Shown here: positions 14,422 to 26,481 of the stretch, piece after piece
Position numbering within the stretch: position 1 is the stretch's first letter
Layout of the letters: every line of letters starts with the position of its first letter
Origin: Mobula hypostoma
Lineage: Eukaryota
Reading direction: 5' to 3'
Length of the DNA stretch: 64,000 bases
Assembly: GCF_963921235.1 (NCBI RefSeq)
Contig: NC_086097.1
Span: 250,792,001-250,856,000 of the forward strand
Translations under genes and position numbers: made by a program
The notes under the pieces: generated by a model
What the model was told of the DNA's origin: nothing
Seen by the model: only the letters and a program-made list of their open reading frames with translations
Database searches by the model: none

Positions 14422-15467
14422 CAGTGGATTCCAGTTCATTGGGCCATCAGTTAATCGGGGCAGTCATTTATTTGGGACAAATCTTAAAGAGCAAAAACTA
14501 ATCGAGTAAAATTGGCCAGGATTCCTTTTGTTTATTTGGGACACAATGTCACTTATTTGGGACAGGAGACTTGCCAAACAGTTTTTAATAAGCATCAGTC
14601 ACGTGAACTTGCATAGCTGTAAGACACTACAGAGCAAACAGTTTTTAGATGGTATCAGTTGCCTATGCTTGTGTTCAAAAAGCAATGATTTTTGTCACTG
14701 AAAATTGGCAAGAAATAAGCTGTAGGACAATTCAGGACTGGTTTTCTCACTGCAGTTTCAAGCATTCAGGCTTGGAGTTGCAGTGGCCAGGAATGAAAAT
14801 GAAATGATTTCCTGACTTCAAAAAGTTGGGAACTATGAAGAGTTTGAAAGTATCGACAACCATCTGGAATGTTACAATGAATATGAGGATTTAGAGGATG
14901 CAATTGCTGAAAGCTTTGTATGAAAGCAGTTACACCAGGTGTCGGTGCTGATTTTGTTCATTTGCAGTCAATCAAAAGAACACGGCAGCGTTCCCTGGAT
15001 GAATTCCTGTATCGATAACTATTAGAGCTAATGCACAGTTTCATAGTACTGTAGCAGAATTATTTCATTTGGGACTGCACTATGATGTACAATTGGGACA
15101 GGAGACTGTTGTTGAACAGTTTCTAACTCACATCAGTCATGTGCGCTTGTGTGACTGTAATACACAACCCCACACTTAGAGCGATCAGTTTTTAAATGGT
15201 GTCCATTGTGTGTCTTTGTGTTCAAAAACCACAGCCCACAGCTCAATAACTATTAGGAACTAATACACAGTTTTATAGTACTCTAGTAGAGTGTTGATAG
15301 TGATCTAATTTATTCTGTAAATACATAAACTGTTATTCAGCTAAGCAGTAGTTTATTTTCTATGCCTTTTAAACTATTACCATGAAAATTCAGGCTAATT
15401 AGTGCAGCCACTTAATTGGGCCAAAATGTATTGGTCCTGATGTGCCCAAATTAACCGGAATCCACTG
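14422..15467 (+). mobile_element. pogo/Tigger-like non-autonomous DNA transposon
   Basis: TA|CAGTGGATTCCAGTT...AACCGGAATCCACTG|TA. Residual peptide AMIFVTENWQEISCRTIQDWFSHCSF from 14682 resembles the pogo DDE C-terminal W..V...TI.NCF motif. Confidence 0.8.
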
Positions 15468-15600
15468 TACTGCCTTGAAATACATTTTCTTGCAGGCATT
15501 TACAGGAAAATAAAGAAATGTAATATAATTTAAAACTATAAATAAATAAAAACTAACAAACAACCAATGTGCAAAAGGAGACAAATCTTGCAAAATATAT

Positions 15601-16190
15601 ATATGGTCTGACACCAGTAGAGAAGTGGTTATTGGTGAACTCACAGTCCCCTGGGAAGACAACATCGATGAAGCCCATGAGCGCAAGTTAACCAAGTATG
15701 CAGAGTTGAGATCAGAGTGCAGAGACAGAGGGTGGAAGGTCTCATGATCCATTCGAAGTAGGCTGCCGTGGGTTTATTGCGTTCACTCTCCAGAAGTGGC
15801 TGCGTGACCTTGGCTTCACTAGAAGAGAGATCAAGTCAACCAGCAGGGCTGTAGCTGAGGCAGCAGAGAAAGGATCAGCATGGGTGTAGACCAAGTATGT
15901 CCAGAGGGGCAGATAGTCAGACAGTGTATACATATCTTGCAAACCCTTCAGTAGTTGCATAGACACCTGAAGAGCAGACTATCTGTTGGATGGAAGTGAC
16001 TGATAGAGGCAGATGTCAAGTTTTTAAGCTCGCCAGTGGGAGGTGGTGCTTTAGCACTGCTGGCCCACCACCTCGAGGGAGTCTTGATCATAAGCGGGCC
16101 GAAACTCCTGAAGACAGGTGGCAGATCAACTGATGATCCCACTGATGATAGCACAGGACAGTTAACATCTTAGTCGACGTGTATTCTGTA
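15601..16190 (+). mobile_element. Hero-like (RLE) LINE 3' end
   Basis: ELTVPWEDNIDEAHERKLTKYAELRSECRDRGW / PFEVGCRGF matches the restriction-like endonuclease domain of Hero/NeSL-type elements, followed by 3' UTR. Confidence 0.85.
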
Positions 16191-16303
16191 ACTAGGTGGT
16201 TACCAGGAGTGCGTTGCCTGGGGTGGTGATAGGGACAGGCAGATGAATGTGAGGAGAATGGAAGGATATGGACATTGTGTAGGCAGAGGAGATTGGTTCA
16301 GTT

Positions 16304-16339
16304 AGTCCTGACGAAGGGTCTCGGCCTGAAACGTCGACT
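16304..16339 (+). ncRNA. Minimal type I hammerhead ribozyme motif in a Penelope-derived repeat
   Basis: AGTC-CTGACGA-agggtctcggcct-GAAA-CG-TC-GACT: intact core, stem I AGTC/GACT, palindromic ACGT stem III. Confidence 0.7.
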
Positions 16340-17149
16340 GCGCCTCTTCCTATAGATGCTGCCTGACCTGCTGCGTTCACCAGCAACTTTGATGTGTGTT
16401 GCTTGAATTTCCAGCATCTGCAGAATTCCTGTTGTTTGTGATTATTAATTCAATTGGTTTAGGGCAACACTGTGGGCTGAAGGGCCTGTTTCTGCCAGAA
16501 TTGAACTCTGAACTCCAACGCCCTGAGCTGTAATAGCATCACGCTAACCACTGTACTACCATGGCGCCCCAGTGATCATGCTCTATATATAGATAGTTAG
16601 ACTGGCAGATAGGTGTTCAGATATAACTAATACTGAGAACATGAGTTGTAGAGTCCTTGAAAATGAGTCTGTAGACTGTGGAATTAGAGCTGTGCTGAGT
16701 GAAGTTATATCTCCCCCTATTGCCCCTCCCCCTTGTACCCAGGCTGAGAAAAATCTTATTCCAGAAGATCTGAAGTTTCATTCCAAATCCTTCTTGGAAG
16801 AGAACGCTAAGCCACACTTAGTTACTGTATATAGTGTATATCTACTGTATGACTGTCTGCATCTTCAAACAGACAAATAAACCACTAAAAGTAAATAAAT
16901 TCACAAAGATGAGAAAATCTGCAGAGGCTGGAAATCCAGAGCAACACACACACAATACTGGAGGAACTCAGCAGGTCAGGCAGCATCTATGGAAAAGAGT
17001 AAACAGTCGATGTTTCTAGCTGAATAAACATGATAAATAAATTCAGTTCACATAGTTTGCTATAAAATTGATATTTCTTTATTTTCTGAATTGAAAAATA
17101 AGAAGCTGAAAAGTAATACTTTTATTCTTCTTTGGAATGCCACCTTGTA

Positions 17150-17950
17150 ATTGCAACTTCACAATCAACATCAGTGTGACCAAAGAACTGACTGTGGACC
17201 TCGGGAAGGAGAAGTCGAGGAAGCAGACACCTGTCCTCTTTGAGAGGTCAGTGGTGGAAGGGGCAAGCAGCTCCAAGTTCCTCATCATCCACATCTCGGA
17301 GAATCTCTTGGGCCCCACATATTGATGCAATTACAGACAAGGCATGGAATTGGGTATACTTCATTAAGAGTTTGAGGACATTTGGTATGTCACCAATTTT
17401 TCCAGATGTACTGTGGAGAGTATTCAGATTGGAGGCATCAAAGCCTGGGATGGAGGCTCCAATATCCTGGATTGCCAGAGGCTGGGATGGAGGCTCCAAT
17501 ATCCTGGATTGCCAGAGCCTGGGACGGAGGCTCCAATATCCTGGATTGCCAGAGCCTGGGATGGAGGCTCCAATATCCTGGATTGCCAGAGCCTGGGATG
17601 GAGGCGCCAATATCCTGGATTGCCAGAGGCTGGGATGGAGGCTCCAATATCCTGGATTGCCAGAGGCTGCAGAGATTTGTAGACTCAACCAGTTCCGTCA
17701 CGGGCACAACCCTCCCCACCATCAAGAGGTGCTACCTCAGAAAGGCAGCATTAATCACTAAGAACCCTCACCATCCAGGACGTGTCCTCTTCTCACTACT
17801 ACCACCAAGGAGGAGGTACAGGATCCTGAAGACACACACTCAACAATACAGGAACAGCTTCTTCCTCTCCACTATCAGATTTCTAAACAGACTATGAACA
17901 CCACCTTACTATTCCTTTTTGCCACTATTTATTTCACTAATTATTTATTG
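17150..17950 (+). mobile_element. Rex1/Babar LINE 3' fragment
   Basis: ISVTKELTVD..SKFLIIHISE..YFIKSLRTFG...HHPGRVLFSLLPPRRRYR..RNSFF. Confidence 0.75.
17443..17664. repeat. 37-bp minisatellite, 6 copies
   Basis: G(G/C)CTGGGATGGAGGCTCCAATATCCTGGATTGCCAGA at 17443, 17480, 17517, 17554, 17591 and 17628. Confidence 0.95.
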
Positions 17951-17974
17951 TGATTAGTAGTAATCGTAGTAATT

Positions 17975-18565
17975 AGTTTCCCTGGATGTGAAACTCAGAG
18001 TGTTGCGGTGCTGTGTTCATTCCACACTGACGTACAGAGTGAATGTTGGACAATATCAAAGCAAAGTGAGGGAAGGCTCGAAGCTGCAGGAATGTGTTTT
18101 TTGAGAGAATAATGAAAACATTGTGTATGCACGGAGAAAAAAATGAGGAAGTGTTGTGAAAAGTCAGAATAAGAAGAGAGCTGATATCATCAATCAGTTC
18201 TGCTGAACGTCAACTGTACTCTTTTCCATAGATGCTGCCTGGCCTGCTGAGCTCCTCCTGCATTTTGTGTGTGTTGCTCAGATTCCCAGCACTGCAGGTT
18301 TTTCTCTTGTTTATTATCAATCAGGAAGCGGCAGCTGGAACGTTTTGGGACATGTACTGAAGAAAGGGAAGCTCAAACATCTTGCAGTGACAGGAAAGTT
18401 GATGCAAGAGAAAGTTGTGGTGGACAGTGCATGGCATTCATGAGTTACATCAAGGGATGGACAGGAAAAAGTTTTGAAGAGCTTATGAGAACTTCTCAGA
18501 TTAAAGACAGATGGAAGCCTGTGATCGCCCACGTCACATGACAGGGCACAGAATGGTGATGATGT
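17975..18565 (+). mobile_element. Old RTE LINE 3' end with a Penelope-derived insert (about 18198-18312)
   Basis: E.WT...LEAAGMCF.R-type RTE C-terminus; tail gatcgcccacgtc...gatgatg. Confidence 0.65.
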
Positions 18566-19343
18566 TGTAATTTTATGCTCTGCACTGTACTGTTGCCACA
18601 AAACCACACATTTCACATCATATAAACCATGGATAATAAATCCGATTCTAATTCTACTTAGAGATAACAGGTAATATTGGAAGTGTGTCAAAGGTTACAG
18701 GGAGAAGGTGGGAGAAGGCAGGAAAATGGGGTTTACGGGATAATAAGACGGCTATGATGGAATGGTGGAGCAGACTCAATGGGTCGAATGGCCTTGTTCT
18801 GCTCCCATATCATGGTTTTATTATCTGATTGTCCTTCTGACCCAACAAGCCCACACTGCCCAATTACAACCGTGTGACCAACAAACCAACTGACCTACAC
18901 GTCTTTGGAATGTGGGAGGAAACCAGAGCACCTGGAGGAGACCCACATGGTCATGAGGAGAACGCACAAACTCCTTACAGATAAGGATTGAACCTAGGTC
19001 ACGGATGCTGTAATAGAGTCTGTGCGAAACTCTCCAACATAAGCATTGCAATAATTTATGCAGATGGGCTGTGGATATTTTCAGTGTGTGTCTAACCCCA
19101 GATATTTCATCTTGAAGGATCTGTCACCACTTCCTGCTAAATGATTGAAGTAATGAGTTAGTTTTGGAAAATTATATCGTTGTATCATTATGACATTAAG
19201 TATAATATGACATGGAATGTTTAACAACACATTCTTAAATTACTCTTCACAAGGAACATGTGTTCTTAAAATCATTATATATCTTCCTTCGGGTGTTTAG
19301 ATTCAGCCTGATGACTGAGTCATACGGCCACAGAGTGACAGAG

Positions 19344-19345
<2 letters not shown>

Positions 19346-19376
<31 letters not shown>

Positions 19377-20100
19377 GGTGCTGTGCCCAGTTTGAGCTTT
19401 GACTGCCATGGCCCACACACTCCTGTTTCGGGTCAAGTGGATCAATTCATTGGTATTCATTTCCAATTCTCTGGCTGCTGTCTCCATCATCATTTGTCTT
19501 TGTCTTCCTCTTGCTTAATTCCCTTCAATCTTTCCCATAATTACCGTGCATTCTAACTCCTCTTTCCTAATCACATGTCCAATGAAGTTACGTTGCCTTT
19601 TCATGATCTCATACAGTATTTCTCTTTTTGTGTTTGCTCTGTTCATGACGTCCTCATTAGATATTTGTTTCGTCCATGATAATCTGATGTCACCCAGCTT
19701 CCTAAGTAGCAAAAGTTCTGTACTTGTTTTATGTCTTCCCCATTTATTCTTAGCCTGCAGATAGGATTCTCCTTCTTTTTGGATATCACCATACATTCTG
19801 TCTTTTTGCAATTGATAGATAGACCCATTTTTGCACTTTCTTCAACAATTATATCAATTAAGTTTTGTAGTTCTTTCTCCGTACTTGCAATTAACACAGT
19901 GTCATCTGCGTATCTGAAATTATTGATGTTTTCACCGCCAACTTTGATTCCCAAGATATCTCTTATTTTTTGTAATATTGTTTCACTGTACACATTAAAC
20001 AAATCAGGGGAGAAAACACACCCTTGTCTAACGCCTCTCTTGATTTTCGTAAACTGACTCACTTCTCCGTCTATTCTTACAGCGGCAGTTTGATCCCAGT
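19346..20100 (-). mobile_element. RTE-clade LINE 3' part (RT)
   Basis: KRGVRQGCVFSPDLFNVYSE...NNFRYADDTVL...KTECM...FCYLGS; (GAT)n tail at 19346-19376. Confidence 0.9.
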
Positions 20101-20103
20101 ACA

Positions 20104-20775
20104 AAGAGCTACAGCACAAAAACAGGCCCTTTGGCCCATCTGGTCTGTGCCTACTCCCATCAGCCTGCACCAGGACCATAGCCCTCCATACCCCTACCTT
20201 TCTAAACTTCTCTGAAACGTTGAAATCAAGCTCATGTGCATCACTCGTGCTGATGGCTCATTGTGCACTCTCAACACCCTCTGTGAGGGAGTTTCCCCTC
20301 ATGGTCCCCTTACACCTTTCACCCGTAACCCATGACTCTGGTTGTAGTCCCACCCAACCTCAATGAAAAAAGCCTGCTTGCGTTTACCCCATCTATACCC
20401 CTCGTAATTTTGTCTACCTCTATCAAATCTCCCCTCAATCTTCTTTGTTCTAAGAAATAAAGTCCTAACCTATTCAATCTTTCTTTATAACTCAGATCCT
20501 CCAGACCCAGCAACATACTTGTAAATTTTCTCTGTACTCTTTCAATCTTATTTACATTGTTCCTGTAGGTAGATTGTTCCTGTAGGTAGATGACCAAACC
20601 TGCACACAATACCCCAAATTAGGCCTCACCAACATCTTATACAACTTCAACATAACATCCCATCTTCTGTACTTAGTACTTTGTCCCATGAAGGCCAATG
20701 TGCCAAAAGCTTTCTTTATGGCCCTATCTACCTGTGACACCACTTTCAATGAATTATGGACCCCCATTCCCAGAT
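20104..20775 (-). mobile_element. CR1 LINE 3' part
   Basis: LYKMLVRPNLGYCVQ...IERVQRKFT..LEQRRLRGDLIEV. Confidence 0.85.
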
Positions 20776-20879
20776 TGGTTACATTGAGACCTTGCTGTTA
20801 CCTCTTGAAGTTATAGATGTTGTTCATTTTATAATGAAAATCGTTGTTGCTGATCAGATTTCCATCGCGTTCACGTCAA

Positions 20880-21200
20880 GTACAGGTGTGTGTCTGTGTG
20901 GGTGTGGGTATGAGTATCTAGGTGTGTAGTCTGTGAATGTGTGGATATGAGTGTGTGTAATTGGGTTAGTGTGTGTGGGGGGTTGTATATGCATGTGCGT
21001 ATGTGAGAGTGTGGGTGGGTGTATGTGAATGTGTGTGAGTGTGTGTGTGTGTGTATGAGTGTGTGTGTGTGTGTGTGCGAGTGTGCGTGTGTGTGAGTGA
21101 TTGTGAGAGAGAATATGTGTGAGCATGCGTGGGTACGAGTGTGTTTGTGTGAGAGAGAGTGTCTGTGTGTGCATGTACGGGTGTGTGTGGGTGTTTGTGA

Positions 21201-21272
<72 letters not shown>
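20880..21272. repeat. Degenerate (TG)n followed by perfect (GA)n microsatellite
   Basis: Directly visible in the sequence. Confidence 0.95.
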
Positions 21273-21276
<4 letters not shown>

Positions 21277-21729
21277 ATGAATAAATAAATATTGAGAACA
21301 TGAGATGCAGGGTCCCTGAAACTGGTCCACTGGCTGTGGGAACAGAAACAGTTCATTGTTGTTGTGAGTGAAGCTGAGTGAAGAGTGAAGAGTGAAGAAG
21401 GTGATGGGGTTTAAGAAGAAGAGACGCCCTTGGCCTTCTCTGGATCAAAGTCAAAGAACATCAAGAATGCACAAGTCAAACAGTTTAAGATTCATGATAT
21501 TTTTTATTAAATATCTGAATATTGTCATTTTGAATGCATATTTGAATGATTTAAAGAATATTCCAGTATAAACAATAAACCATATACTTTGTCATCGAAT
21601 AGTGCTGTATAAAATATTAAACATATATCATGTCACCGCTTAGAGGAAGATCCTGAACCTGAGAAATAAGATTTAACAATTTTCTTTACAAATTGTGACT
21701 TCAGAGCTGCAGAATAGGGGGCCAATTTC

Positions 21730-22455
21730 AAAAACACACCAGAGTTTCTGCAGATCCAGAGCAACGCACACAAGAAGCTGGAGGAACTCAGCAGGTCAGG
21801 CAGCATCTATGGAAATGAATAAACAGTCGACATTTCAGGCGAGACCCTTCACCAGGACTGGAAAGGTGGGGGGAATAAGCCAGAATAAGAAGGTGGGGGG
21901 GGAGGAGAAGGAAGACAAGCTCAAAGGTGATAGGCGAAGCCAGGTGGGTGAGGGAGGAGGACTGAAGTTAAGAGCTGGGAGGTGATAGATGGAAAAGGTA
22001 AAGGGTTGAAGAAGAAATGTGATAGGAGAGGAGAGTGGACCATGGGAGAAAGGGAAAGAGGAGGGGCACCACGGGGAGGTGATAGGCAGGTGAGGAGAAG
22101 AGAAAAGAAGCCAGAGTGGGGAATAGAAGAAGAGAAAAGGGAGAGGGGAAAAGGAAAAAAGAAAATGTCGACTGTTTACCCCACTCCATGGATGCTGCCT
22201 AACCTGCTGAGTTCTTCCAGCATTTGTGTGTATTACTCTGGATTTCTAGCATCTACAGAATCTCTGGTGTTAATTCACACGTTAATATTGAACGTTTCAT
22301 AACAGAGTTATAAGTGACACACACAAAAAACGTTGGAGGAACTCAGCAGGTCAGGCAGCAGCTAAGGAAGTGAATTAACAGTCAACGTTTTAGGCCGAAA
22401 CCCTTCATCAGGACTGAAACGGAAGGGGGAAGAGGCCAGAATGTTGGGGGAGGGG
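21730..22455. mobile_element. Penelope pLTR-derived repeats, including an inverted pair of arms
   Basis: ctgcagatgctgg...cacacaaaatgctggaggaactcagc family; decayed hammerhead cores on the minus strand at about 21825-21860 and 22378-22416. Confidence 0.7.
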
Positions 22456-23243
22456 AAATCTGAATCTGAATCAGTGTTAATCAGGTGAATCTGTGGAATT
22501 CATTGCCACCGACGGCTGTGGAGGCCAAATCATCGGGTATACTTAAGGCAGAAGTTGGAAGATTCTTGATTGGTCAGGGCATGAAGGGATACGGAGAGGA
22601 GGCAGGAGATTGGGGCTGAGAAGGAAAATGGATCAGCCAAGATGAAAGTGGTGAAGCAGACGCGATGGGCCAAATGGCCTAATTCTGCTCCTATATCTTA
22701 TGCCCTTAATACCACTAGCATATATTCTGAAGTTTGTTGTTTTGTGGCAGCAGTACAATATGTAACAATAAAATGTACAAATTACAATTAGAAGTATACA
22801 AATTAAAAATTAAATTAAACAAGCAGTGCAAGGAGAGAGTAAAAAAAGGGAAAAGGAGTACAAACGTGCAGGTGATAGGTGAAGTCAGGTGAGAGGGAAG
22901 GTATGTGGATGTGGGAGGGGGATGGGTGACTGGTTTCAAAGATAGATTATAACATTCATTCAAAGTCACACCTATACTTCATATTTTTACTTAAGTATTT
23001 CCAGGTGAAGAATTATGTTGAAAAATAATTATAAATAGGGAATTATCTCAAATAAATTGATCTGTGGTTTTCACCAAAAATTTTTACTGCAATACATTAA
23101 CCAACTGCTTCATTCTTTTCTGTCACGAATTTTCTGTCATGTTAATCATCAGAATGCTTTTAATAACACTGTTGTTCTTTCTGCATTTCCCAAAATGATT
23201 TGTGATTGACTTTACTGTGCAGAATCACCATCGGTCTTTTATA

Positions 23244-23786
23244 CAGTCAGTGGCCACTTCATTACACCTGTACACCTGCTCGTTAATGCAAATATTTAAC
23301 CAGCCAATCATTTGGCAGCAACTCAATGCATAAAAGCATGCAGGCATGGTCACGAGGTTCAGTTGTTGTTCAGACCAAACATCAGAATGGGGAAGAAATG
23401 TGATCCAAGTGACTTTGAATGATTGTAGGTACCAGATAGGGCGGTTTGAGTATCACAGAAACTGCTGATCTGGAATTTTAATGCACAACAATCTCTAGAG
23501 TTTACAGAGAATGGTGTGAAAATCAGAAATAAACTCCAGTGAGTGGCAGTCCTGTGGGTGAAGCAGCTTGTTAATGAGAGGTCAGAGGAGAATGGCAAGA
23601 CTGTTTCAAGCTGGCAGTAACTTACGTAACCACACCTTACAACAGTGGTGCACAGAAAAGCATCTCAGAATGCACAATATGTTGAACTTTGAAGTGGATG
23701 GGCTTCATCAGAGGGAGACCATGAACATACACTCAGCAGCCACTTTGTTAGATACAGGAGGTACCAAATAAAGTGGCCATTGAGTG
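23244..23786 (+). mobile_element. Tc1-like non-autonomous DNA transposon
   Basis: TA|CAGTCAGTGGCCACTTCATT...AATAAAGTGGCCATTGAGTG|TA. Internal remnant resembles the Tc1 paired domain (SDFE..IVG....LSITETADL...TTISRVYREW). Confidence 0.8.
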
Positions 23787-24539
23787 TAGGTGACTTGAAG
23801 ATATGCACTTAGTTTGATCCACGTTGCCTCTCATTTCAAAAGGAGGAACCTAATAAAGTGGCCACTGAGTGAGTATTAGCTGGCTGTAACTCATACACTG
23901 TTCATATCCAACCAATCAAAAACTTATTTAAATTTATCTGATTATGGTATGTATTCAGACAAAATATGAATTAAGTTCACCTAGAGCAGAGGCAAGAAAA
24001 TCTGGATGTGCCTTAAATTAACAATGTTGTTCCACCACCAAAGGACAGAGCTGGTAACATCTCCCACCAAATGTCCAGATTTATCTTGTACAACTGTTGC
24101 ATACAATTACCAACTTCAAAGCAGCTTCTCCCCTCAGGCTGAGAGACGAATGAATGCACTGCCGAGGTCTCCTCCCTAAGATAGTGAGCTGTTTACCATT
24201 TACCTCTGCTGCGCACTACATGCTCTTTGAAGTATACTTTATTAACTTATTTGGGGTAATATTTTGTTTCATGTGCTGTGTGTGATACATGTTTTGTGGG
24301 AGCACTGTGGTCCGGAGGAGCATTGTATAAATGTGCAGTCAGATGACAATAAACTTGAACTTGGACTTGAAGATTGCAAAATGTTTAATTTTCAGTGTTG
24401 TTATTCAGCCTTCACTATGAAAACGCAAAGTCAAAATGGATAAGTGACTAATAAAATTCATTCTCATTAAGTATTCTTAATAAAAGCTCAGCAGCAAGTT
24501 CAAACAAGCAGTGAACTTTAATGGGATTATCATTCTGTA

Positions 24540-24825
24540 AACTGAATATTTGCCAGACCTGCACAGGCAGACTACTCCCAAGTTCCACCCAGCTAACAGG
24601 AGTCACCTGCCACTCATTTCCAACTCGTCACCTGCAACCTATCGAAACCCAGCTCTCATCCGCAGTCCCTGTTCTCTCATCGGACCATCCAGCCTTGTTG
24701 ACTTGTGTTTTTTCTTGTTTTGTGGCCCCTCGCAGCTTGTTATTTTGTAGTTTATTAGTAAAGTGATAGCTTAAATGTCTCTGTTCCTCTACATTTGGGT
24801 CAAGCCTCCTCTACATTTCCTGAAC
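24540..24825 (+). mobile_element. Possible solo LTR
   Basis: cacctg motifs, AGTAAA signal and catttgggtc 3' end resemble fish gypsy LTRs; no TSD verified. Confidence 0.3.
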
Positions 24826-24845
24826 AGTATTTTGGGAAATCAGAA

Positions 24846-26481
24846 TTTATTTCTCTTGTTGGCCCCCATTAGGCCAACTGGAAAACAGCTGTTTTAACAG
24901 CCTTGCATATTGCAATATACACAAAAATATAGATTCAAAGTACAAGCCTGCACACTGTACACAAAGTTATAAATTGAAGTTCATCATAAAATAACTAAAC
25001 ATTATTTTGCTTAAAAATAGATTATAATCAGAAAATTCCATCTTAAATACAAAATTTTGTCCACAATAATATTAATCATACTAAAAAGACTTTTGGTTAA
25101 ATTGTTTATAATAAATGCACAAAACCTTCCTGGAAAAATATATATTAAAAATACAGGCAGAATAATAGTTTGGCATGAACTAGATGGGCTGAAGGGCCTG
25201 TTTCTTTGCTGTAGTGCTCTGTGCCTCAATGATTCTATGTGAAAATATATGATAGTTACAATTAAAAATTATTTGAAAGAGATAGTTCAGAAAAATGCTG
25301 GGTTATTCAAATTAGTTCTTCATACAAATATAATTCATTCATATTAAGTGGAATTCAATCTCATACACTCCACATACACATTAAATAGAATATAATTTCA
25401 ATGATAGCAGTGATAAACTGGATAATTAATGAGACAGAGTCATATAGCTCTACCACAGAAGCTGGTTATTCAGCCCATCTAGTCCATGCTGATCTGTTAC
25501 CCACACCAGGACCATGCGGTATGTCTTCATACTCCTCCATGGACATGTATCCAAAGATGGAAAGTGTTTTTGAAGAAGAGTGTCATAGCTCTACAGCACA
25601 TAAACAGGCCCTTTGGCTCATCTAGTCAATGCTGATCTGTTACCCACATCTGAACCATAAGCCTTCATACCCCTCCCTAGACATGCAGCCAAAGATGTAG
25701 GAGAGTATTTTTGAAGGACAGCATGTCAGAATGTTTGTGTGTTAAATTAAAAGATCCATCCCATTTCCCGTTCCAGTTCTACACCTGAGCCACTGGAGAT
25801 CAAGTAAAAGATATTGATTTGTTCAAGTTTGAGTGATAGGATGACTGGTTATCAATTATAGATCAATGTAGGGACAACATCCCTGAGAGACCTTGAAACA
25901 AATTCCTTACCCACCTTATCCACCTACAGAGTAGGAGAAAGAGGGGAGATTTGATAGGGGTATACAAAATTATGAAGGGTATAGATAGGGTAAACGGAAG
26001 TAGGCTTATTCCACTGAGGTTGGGTGGGACTTCAACTAGAGGTCATAGGTTAAGGGTGAAAGGTAAAATGTTTCAGGGGAAGATGAGGGGGAGCTTCTTT
26101 ACTCAGAGCGTGGTGAGAGTGTGGAACGAGCTGTCAGGACAAGTGGCACATGTGGGTTCAATTGCAGCATTTTAAGAGAAATTTGGATAGGTAGAGTACA
26201 TGTATAAGAGGGGTATGGAGGGCAATGGTCAAGGTCAAAGGACTAGGCAGAGAAACAGTTTGGCACAGGCTAGATGGGCTGAATGGTCTGTTTCCGTGAT
26301 GTAATGTCCTATGACCAATACTCACAGAGAAGTTGTGTTCTTATGAATTCTGTCACAACGCAAATTCGACACAACTGTAAACCAACCGAGTCCAAGTATA
26401 TAATCTAATATAGATCGATTAACCAAACTCTTCACTATAATAGTCTGATGTCACCATTTTAACTATGGCCATCCATATTTT
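24846..26481 (-). other. Probable GEM 3' UTR (end uncertain)
   Basis: AT-rich sequence after the stop codon, interrupted by CR1 fragments. Candidate AATAAA on the minus strand at 24846-24851; others exist, e.g. 21503-21508. Confidence 0.35.

Noticed and set aside
17443..17664. 37-bp repeats as a CRISPR array or a repeat protein
   Set aside because: Head-to-tail units with no spacers, inside a LINE in a vertebrate context; the ORFs are a by-product of the repeat.
20854..21356. His/Thr-rich ORFs
   Set aside because: Translations of (CA)n/(CT)n microsatellite.
1..24000. Exons of a neighbouring gene such as CDH17 (human synteny)
   Set aside because: No cadherin-like or other recognisable exon was found by eye; small exons cannot be excluded.
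25432..25720. About 145-bp diverged tandem duplication in the putative 3' UTR as a functional element
   Set aside because: Derived from a CR1-tail repeat and heavily diverged; no evidence of function.
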